DNA of 57,781 nucleotides, filler included, from Squatina squatina (Eukaryota), in assembly GCA_031763465.1 (NCBI GenBank). It is 3 parts of 2 records of this genome, joined end to end, with 100 filler letters (N's around TTAATTAATTAA, not from the genome) between each part and the next. Parts side by side here need not be neighbours in the genome. Positions count along the whole stretch, not along the records: positions 33,190 to 57,781 come from JARFOE010000168.1; 2 more parts are not named here. One strand, given 5' to 3'. A program made the translations under genes and the position numbers. Shown piece by piece: positions 48,707-57,781 of this stretch. The notes beneath the pieces were generated by a model. The model saw only the letters and a list, made by a program, of their open reading frames with translations, was not told where the DNA came from and did not search any database. Every line of letters begins with the position of its first letter. Position 1 is the first letter of the stretch.

Positions 48707-50908
48707 TGAAACTAGTTTGCATTTTATACAGAAATATGAATTGAAGTAGTATTATTAGTTTGAACTGAATGTAAGCTTTTTGCCATTTTGGCACAATTCT
48801 TCAGATTTCTATTTGGAGATCCACAAAATACCAAGAAAAATTGCACCTTCTGGTTAAATGTAGTAACTGTAGGGTGCTTTAAAAGCTCATTTCAGATGAC
48901 TGCTCTCAGAAATTTGTGTCATTGGGCATATTTTGTCAGTTGTTGCTCCGTTTGAATAAACAGCACCATGGTATTCTGTTTCATCAGGAAGAAAATTAAA
49001 CTGGCACAGAATAGTTACATTTACTTGATTACCCCAGCTGACTGGTCACATTGGCATTGATAGTTAAGAAGTCCGAAGCCCAAGTTTACATTCTCTCATA
49101 AATAGATGAGAAGCCATGGCAGAGAACAGCATTGCTGGGTAGGAAGGTGAGAGTGTATGGTGGGGGTGGGAGGAGATGATGACAAAGTGTGAAGTAGTGT
49201 GTGAGCACAATGCTGAAATAACCAGTGTCATGTAATGACCGGGTACAAGCTTGTGTCTAGAGTTATCCACACACCAAATCCCTAATCTCCATTCTGTTAG
49301 CGTGAGATTACAACTGGATACCAGACTCCACAGGGAGGGCAGAAAACTGATTTAGCAGTTAATTCCATGCACCTTATTGACACTTCATGACTGTTACTAT
49401 GGAGAGTTGTTTAGAGATTTTGGAAATTGCCTTTCTATCTGCAAATCCAAGAAATGGGTTGATAGAGAGTACTTTTGAAAGTAATTTTTCCACAATAACT
49501 GAAAATCTTTAATATGTAAAGTTTTTATTCTTCATTCATAATTATCAGTGCACAAGAGGATTAACCCACTTAAATTGGAGCATTACTTGGGTATGCTGCT
49601 TTTACAATTGCAGAACACTTAGCTAGGTTTACTTCACCTGTTTAATTTGTTTCTGTAACTTAAAACATTTTTTTAAAATCCTCTAGAATAAACAAAAGGA
49701 TATGATGATTCTTCATTCATTCAAACTTCACATGCAAACAGGAAAGTTCCTTCATTTCAGGGGGAAGTCCCTCCAACTTTTTACACTCTAGGTCAAATAA
49801 TCTTTTCCCTGCCTCATTTTATATCTGATTCCTGTTTGTGTGCACAGATACTTCCTACAGAACCCTGTACAGTGAAGGCCTCCTCAACCCATTAAACAAA
49901 TATTTGGCATGGGAACCCTAATTGATGCCCTGGCTCTTGAGAAATCTTAATACGATTAAGATTCCCACCAATCAGCAGTGAAAACTGTTGACATTGGAAG
50001 TGTATTGTGCCAAAATGGTATACACATTGCTGTGNNNNNNNNNNNNNNNNNNNNNNNNNNNNNNNNNNNNNNNNNNNNNNNNNNNNNNNNNNNNNNNNNN
50101 NNNNNNNNNNNNNNNNNNNNNNNNNNNNNNNNNNNNNNNNNNNNNNNNNNNNNNNNNNNNNNNNNNNNNNNNNNNNNNNNNNNNNNNNNNNNNNNNNNNN
50201 NNNNNNNNNNNNNNNNNNNNNNNNNNNNNNNNNNNNNNNNNNNNNNNNNNNNNNNNNNNNNNNNNNNNNNNNNNNNNNNNNNNNNNNNNNNNNNNNNNNN
50301 NNNNNNNNNNNNNNNNNNNNNNNNNNNNNNNNNNNNNNNNNNNNNNNNNNNNNNNNNNNNNNNNNNNNNNNNNNNNNNNNNNNNNNNNNNNNNNNNNNNN
50401 NNNNNNNNNNNNNNNNNNNNNNNNNNNNNNNNNNNNNNNNNNNNNNNNNNNNNNNNNNNNNNNNNNNNNNNNNNNNNNNNNNNNNNNNNNNNNNNNNNNN
50501 NNNNNNNNNNNNNNNNNNNNNNNNNNNNNNNNNNNNNNNNNNNNNNNNNNNNNNNNNNNNNNNNNNNNNNNNNNNNNNNNNNNNNNNNNNNNNNNNNNNN
50601 NNNNNNNNNNNNNNNNNNNNNNNNNNNNNNNNNNNNNNNNNNNNNNNNNNNNNNNNNNNNNNNNNNNNNNNNNNNNNNNNNNNNNNNNNNNNNNNNNNNN
50701 NNNNNNNNNNNNNNNNNNNNNNNNNNNNNNNNNNNNNNNNNNNNNNNNNNNNNNNNNNNNNNNNNNNNNNNNNNNNNNNNNNNNNNNNNNNNNNNNNNNN
50801 NNNNNNNNNNNNNNNNNNNNNNNNNNNNNNNNNNNNNNNNNNNNNNNNNNNNNNNNNNNNNNNNNNNNNNNNNNNNNNNNNNNNNNNNNNNNNNNNNNNN
50901 NNNNNNAG

Positions 50909-51028
<120 letters not shown>

Positions 51029-53045
51029 TAGGAGGATTACTGGATGACATACAAGCATTTGTTGTTCAAGTCAATAGTTTATTCGTTCCCTGTGTTTTTA
51101 TTGCTTTTACTGTGACCTCCAGTCTTGTCTCTGCTTGGAAAAAATTAGGATGCAATGTTAACAATCTTATTGTGGCCTTTCAGGTTAATTGGTAATTGGG
51201 GCCAGAATGAATAAAGCTTATGAATCATGTTATTACAGCATTTATTGTATTCTACCCTTCACTGTATTTATACAACATAGTGCATTCCCCTTTTGACATG
51301 ACTTTGTTATTACTGTAAAGCGATTGACACATATGTGCCTATATTGTCACAAAACAATTTTTTTGGGATAAATGTTTAAGCTAACTAAATATGACGTTAA
51401 CGTGAAAAACAGAATAGAGTATGAAAACTGTTATAATTATATCAACAAGATTTCAAAATTGTGTTTGCATGTGTTTTCTTTTTCCTTCAGTAAATTGTCA
51501 ACTTTTTGTCGGAAAATGTGTTCAAATAATATACCAGTACAAAAGNNNNNNNNNNNNNNNNNNNNNNNNNNNNNNNNNNNNNNNNNNNNNNNNNNNNNNN
51601 NNNNNNNNNNNNNNNNNNNNNNNNNNNNNNNNNNNNNNNNNNNNNTAATCTTATTTGTTACTGTCGTGTTTTTTAACATTAAAACTAACTGTAGGAATAG
51701 AAGTGTAAACAAGTATCTGTAGATGGCAATAGAAGGACAAAGGGTCATTTGTAATATGCTTTGGATTGATTTACTGAGTCCTTGAACCTGAAATGCTGCA
51801 ACTACAAAGCAGCAACTTATCATGAATTATTGCAGTGTATGACATAATATCTCAATCCAACAAAGTGATATTATCTCTAATGTATTCAGACTCTAACCTT
51901 ATCTTTCATCCCAGCAGGTGCAGAACATGAAACATATCACCTGTAGTTATGCAAGTTGTTTTTGAAAAACCACAAAATCATTCATAGTTTAACTAATTTA
52001 AAAAGCCAAAGTAAGAGATATGAAAAGAGTAACAATTTTGGATTAAATATTTTGCTAAGTCAGCATTGAAACTATGTATTTAAATTGAGAAACCTAGGTT
52101 AAGGATGAAGGGTAATTGTACAGGACACCATCAAGGCTAACAGGAGTAGGAGAGAAGATTTGGTAAATCAGGACGTAGTGATTAGGTGACATCAAGTTTT
52201 AAAAGCCTGATGATTATAGGAAGAAGGGAAAGTGAAAAGGGCACAGTTTCACAGTTTTGTGATCTAGGGAAATAATGAGTAAGAGGAGGTAGTGTGAAGA
52301 GTTGGTCTCAATGCAGGGTGCAGGAAAGAGGAAGAGCGTGTAGGATGACCATTTGAAGTTTGGGAAGAAAAGTGAGGCAAGTTCAGGGGATCAATGACCA
52401 TAGTAATATTGATGACATAAAGCGATAAGAAATGTTGAAGGCTAGAGGTGAGAGATACTTTCGCATTTCTAGCATCCTCAGCCCCTTCGGAACCAAACCG
52501 TTTGCCTTTCCATTACTGTATGTATGATCCATTATAGACTCTGTCATTCCCTATGCTCTATAAATGCTGAAGCCAAGTATATAAAGCAACTCTGTCATTT
52601 CAACTACCATAACAAACCCATCATGTTAATGCTGAGTGGCTCCACCACCTCTTTAATGATTCTCTCTTCACTGTGCTCATGAAAAAAAAGTGGCTATTTC
52701 TCTCAAATGAATCAGTTTTCCTTCATATCTCTTACCTCTGCTTATCTGCCTCACCAAGAGGAATAGAAGCAATGTGTGGTATGCATCTTCTACATACTAT
52801 CCTATCATTTTTATGTGCTTCCTTATTTGAAGTAGGACAGTTATTTGGTCTTCTCCCTATACAAGCTACAAATTTCAATTTGACTTTTCTGGTTGGATTA
52901 CATTTAGGAATATAATCTTAGAAGGAGATGTTGCACAAAAACGTTNNNNNNNNNNNNNNNNNNNNNNNNNNNNNNNNNNNNNNNNNNNNNNNNNNNNNNN
53001 NNNNNNNNNNNNNNNNNNNNNNNNNNNNNNNNNNNNNNNNNNNNN

Positions 53046-53415
53046 CAGAGGTAGTACTCTCACTTCTGAATCAGAAAGTCTGACTGAGCACATTTTAGTA
53101 CATACTGAGGGAGTGTTGACATTGTCCGAGGGGCCATTTTTCAGATGAACCAATAAACCAAGGTCTTATTTGCCTGTTCAAATGGATGTAAAAGACTCTG
53201 ACACTATTTGGAGAAGTAGGGGAGTTCTCCTGGTTTCCTGGTCAACATTCATCCCTCAGTTAATGGCAGCAAAATAGATTGGCTGGTCATTTATCTCATT
53301 GCTTGCTTGCATTGCACCTTGCTTTTTGGCTACCCCCTTCAGAAGTACTTCCATTAGCTGTGAATCGCTTTGAGATGGCCTGAGGATGTGGTAGGCACTC
53401 TACAAATACAAGTTA
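53046..53415 (+). mobile_element. DeuSINE-like SINE, diverged
   Basis: Remnant tRNA-like head, Deu core (cagatgaaccaataaaccaagg...ggatgtaaaagac) and tail. Confidence 0.65.
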
Positions 53416-54049
53416 TTTTTATCGGATACTTTTTAATAAAGCCAAGAATCAGATTCATGTTATGGTAATAAAACAGATGTTCAGCGCTAACTTAGTTTAA
53501 ACAGACAGTGAATGTTTGTAAAGCTTGGCGGAAAGATAATACCAGTTTGTGGTAAAACAGGGATGTCTGTTTTGAGCCCAATAAATTGTGGGCTTTATCC
53601 AAACATAAGCTTTCCTTAAATACTAAGCTGCATTAAAAATATTTTTCTTGCTTATGAATCTGTTTCCCAATAAAGCCTATGTAAAGCAAACATAAATTAC
53701 TTCTTATAGCAGCACTTGGAATAACTAAACCAAGCTGAGATATCACCCCTTTATGTACTGTAAAAGTGGCTTGGCTTTTTTTAATCATTCTCCACTCTCT
53801 TCAAATAATGGTGGCTTTGTTGTTTGCGAACAGTGTTATTCAGCACTTTTTTTCACTTGCTTTTGCCCGCTAACCAAAGGAAGCAAGACAAAATTAGGCA
53901 GATAGAGTATCTCAGCATCCTGGGCACAAGTGAAAGAGCACTGTGAGAATGACTGTTTGTTCTAAAGCAATGTAATTCAAATTTGCATAAGTGCCATGAT
54001 TCTGTATTCAGCCACTGTACCCACCTTGTGTGAAGCTGGTAACTTGATA

Positions 54050-54476
54050 TCATATGGCCTATATGTGACTCTAGATCCACAGCATTGTGGTTGACTCAGT
54101 TGCCCTCTGAAATGATCCAGCAAGCCACTCAGTTGTATCAAACTGCTGGGAATAACAATAAGAATAAAACTGGACGGACCACCTGGCATTGACCTAGGCA
54201 CTCGATTCGGACCCAGCCCAGTCAACCCTACAAAGTCCTCCGCACTAACATCTGAGCAGTTATGCCAAAATTGGGAGAGCTGACCCACAGACTAGTCAAG
54301 TAACAGCCTGACATAGTCATACTCATAGAATAATAACCTTACAGCTAACATCCCAGATACCTCCATCGCCATACCTGGGAAGGTCATGTCCCATGGGCAG
54401 GACAGACCCACCAGAGGTGGCAGCACAGTCAAGAGGGAGTGGCCGTGGGAGACCTCATTGGTCTGAACATTGACTT
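54050..54476 (+). mobile_element. LINE 5' region with AP-endonuclease fragment
   Basis: Reads PKLGELTHRLVK*QPDIVILIE...PDTSIAIPG...QDRPTRGG, the N-terminal endonuclease motifs of CR1-like ORF2, with stops. Confidence 0.75.
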
Positions 54477-55135
54477 NNNNNNNNNNNNNNNNNNNNNNNN
54501 NNNNNNNNNNNNNNNNNNNNNNNNNNNNNNNNNNNNNNNNNNNNNNNNNNNNNNNNNNNNNNNNNNNNNNNNNNNNATGGGGGCACAGAGGAAGAAAAAA
54601 TAACCTTCAAACTATACAAAAGGCAGTATTCTGGTGGCTTTTTTCTCAGTCATTTATATGTGGGTATTGAAGTTCATTCAAAGAATGAGGAGAACCAGAG
54701 CAGGTAATCCAACATTCAGTACATTGAGCCTGCGACTTTTAACAACTTTGCACTGTTCATAACTTCAGCAGTACTTGCTCCATAATCATGGATAAAACTT
54801 TGAAGAAGTGAGCAGAGTCTGAAATTTCTTCCTGGCCTCTGATGGTAATCAAGAGTGACCTAACAATGTACCTTATTCCCAAAGTTATATTTCACAGATG
54901 AAAGTTGCTGTTGGCTATAACCTGTACTTTCAGATTGCTGTCATAAGACCCAAACTGCTGCATTTATTCTGCCTTTTGGCTTGGCAGCCTTTACCTGTAC
55001 CTAAGAGCTGATGAGGAACAAAATTCTTAGAACAGTAATCAGAACTTATATGAAACAGTAGTGATGCTTTCTGTTCTGTCTTGCTGTCAGAAGAGCTTTT
55101 GGAGGGTGAAAATTTGATATTCTTCAGAAATGTAG

Positions 55136-55351
<216 letters not shown>

Positions 55352-55514
55352 TAACAGTAAAAAAAAAAGTGCAAACACCTGATTTTTCTGTGCCAGTCTT
55401 TATTTTTTTTACAATTTTCTTCTCTCCTGAAGGTAGTGATCTCCACTGGGTGGAGACAACCCCTCCAGTACTTCATGTATTTGGCCTTCGTTCATGTTAG
55501 CCCAGGTAGTGATA

Positions 55515-55640
55515 ACCTTAGCTCAGTGGTCGCACCCTTGCCTCTGTGTCACAGAGCATGGGTCAAGTCCTACTCCAGAGACTTGAGTGCACTAAGGAAG
55601 TGTTGCGCTGTTGGAGGTGCCATCTTTCGGATGAGACGTT
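55515..55640 (+). mobile_element. DeuSINE-like 5' part (tRNA-derived head and start of Deu domain)
   Basis: tagctcagtggtcgcacccttgcctctg...gggtcaagtcctactccagagact...gttggaggtgccatctttcggatgagacgtt. Confidence 0.7.
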
Positions 55641-56077
55641 NNNNNNNNNNNNNNNNNNNNNNNNNNNNNNNNNNNNNNNNNNNNNNNNNNNNNNNNNNNN
55701 NNNNNNNNNNNNNNNNNNNNNNNNNNNNNNNNNNNNNNNNACAACTATAGAGCTCTGCCTTTGAAAGCTTGCAGAGACTGTGAACTTGAGTAGGGACTTG
55801 CTAAGCCTTCTTAGACTCGTTCGTTTTCATGTCAAGAAAATAATTTATCTCTGAAACTTGAGAAAAGAGGATTTTTGCTTCACATAAAGAGGAGGTCTTA
55901 AGATATCCTTAATGCTTGTCAAGAAATTCTTTAGCTCGTTAATACATGTAGTCTTTTGACATAACAACTAAAACATCCTAAAGTGCAGTGTGTTGTGAAG
56001 GGAATTGTTGATTTAAACTTTGTTATCTAAACTTATTTTAAAATAAGTATGTTGCGTGTTACTCTTTCTATTCTCAG

Positions 56078-56124
56078 GTGACGAGGGTGACAACTTCTAT
56101 GTAATCGATCAGGGCGAAGTTGAC
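56078..56124 (+). CDS. PRKAR1B: PRKAR1B exon (47 bp)
   Basis: (G)DEGDNFYVIDQGEVD; ttctcag acceptor, GAC|gtaagt donor. Not in the ORF track. Confidence 0.96.
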
Positions 56125-56711
56125 GTAAGTGTTCAAAATACTTTTCCAATGCTTTCAAATACTCTGGTTTTGTAGTGTGCTATTTAAAGGTAAGGGAAAG
56201 AGATGCATATGGATATATATGTATGTATATACATCGGCACTTTATGTGATTGGTGAATGCCTGAAGGCGATATGGACCTCCACAGAGCTGACCTTCACTC
56301 CACAAGCTGCACCTGTTCAGTCAGGATAATCCATTGATGGGCTCATGATTCAGTGCAAGGAAACAATTTAACATCTAATCACTCGCTGTAGCTCACATCA
56401 GTGTCTGCTGAAGCCACAACATGGTCCCTGAGGCCATTTGTTCCAGGTGCTTTATTTGCTTATTTAATTGTTTGAAATGAGGTCAGCTAGAATGAGATGG
56501 GGCTGGTCTATTTATGCATATGCTTTATTATGAAGCTGTAGAATTGTAAATCAATCTGATTTATAATACAGAGCTAATTACTTTAATCTTAATCAGTAGT
56601 TAGTGTAACAAACATTCAAGTACTTTGTACATTTACTGCAGAGTAACTTTAGTAAAGAATTTCTGTATAACTTAGAAATTACTAGACAAAGACCAAGGTC
56701 CATCTCGTTCA

Positions 56712-56852
56712 CAGAAGCAAAATACTGAGGATGCTGGAATCTAGAATATAAGCAAAAAATGCTGGAAAAACTCAGCAGGTCAGGCAGTATCTGTGGAGAG
56801 AAAAACAGAGTGAACGTTTCAGGTCGATTACCCTTCGAAGGGTCATCGACCT
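56712..56852 (+). mobile_element. Palindromic shark repeat (Penelope-derived/MITE-like), left arm and centre
   Basis: gcaaaatactgaggatgctggaatc...ctcagcaggtcaggcag...aggtcgattacccttcgaagggtcatcgacct; the last 32 bp are a near-perfect palindrome, followed by a gap. Confidence 0.6.
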
Positions 56853-57448
56853 NNNNNNNNNNNNNNNNNNNNNNNNNNNNNNNNNNNNNNNNNNNNNNNN
56901 NNNNNNNNNNNNNNNNNNNNNNNNNNNNNNNNNNNNNNNNNNNNNNNNNNNNGTGGAGTCATATTAGTTAAAAATTTTATTTAAATATTTCTTTGTCACC
57001 CATGTGTAACTTATATTATTGTACAATAAAGTCTCAACACCCACTATGTTAGATTAAACTTTAAATGTAATGTGGCCAGGGTCCCTTTTAAGGATCCTGG
57101 CTTAAAAAGCAACATGAATGACTTCACCACACCCGCTTCATCTCATTGGGCCGGGTAATGCACTGGGACGGGCTTAATAGGCCCCATTAAGGTAAATTTA
57201 TTTTGTACAGTGGGATGGAGCGAGCAACGAGTTTGGGACCCGCCATGGACACTGGCTGCACCGGAGCCACCAAGATAAGGAAAATTATGGCCATTGTGTT
57301 GAAGTAACAATACTTGAAATCTTAACCACAAACTAGGGAGGTGTTTTATTGTTGTATTTTACAAAGAAAACCATTGGTCTATTGTTCCTTCCTTTTTTTT
57401 TCCCAGCAACGGTTATTGGAAGAGGGACTATTAATGTGTTTTGGTTGA

Positions 57449-57760
<312 letters not shown>

Positions 57761-57781
57761 TGAAACTGAAAGTTGAAAAGT

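Overview
This is eukaryotic vertebrate draft-genome DNA, most likely from a shark or other elasmobranch judging by the repeat content (inference). It is not one locus. Three unrelated scaffolds are joined by identical artificial 100-bp spacers (44 N + TTAATTAATTAA + 44 N at 17319-17418 and 33090-33189). Scaffold A (1-17318) holds the first coding exon and CpG-rich promoter of an MSMO1/SC4MOL-like gene and five 3' exons of a KLHL3-like Kelch gene, all on the minus strand. Scaffold B (17419-33089) holds one large exon encoding about 2.6 usherin-like FN3 repeats of a gene I cannot name, plus several enhancer-like non-coding blocks. Scaffold C (33190-57781) holds the head-to-head pair DNAAF5/HEATR2 (minus, 2 exons visible) and PRKAR1B (plus, 5 exons visible). 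The rest is intronic or intergenic: CR1/L2 LINE fragments, DeuSINE-like SINEs, Harbinger/hAT remnants, MITE-like elements and minisatellites. No prokaryote-type system, CRISPR array or rRNA/tRNA gene is supported. The best leads are an MSMO1 next to KLHL3 rather than KLHL2 (possible retained ohnologue) and the unnamed FN3 gene. Homology calls rest on my recall of the human proteins, not on a search. Repeat boundaries are approximate.
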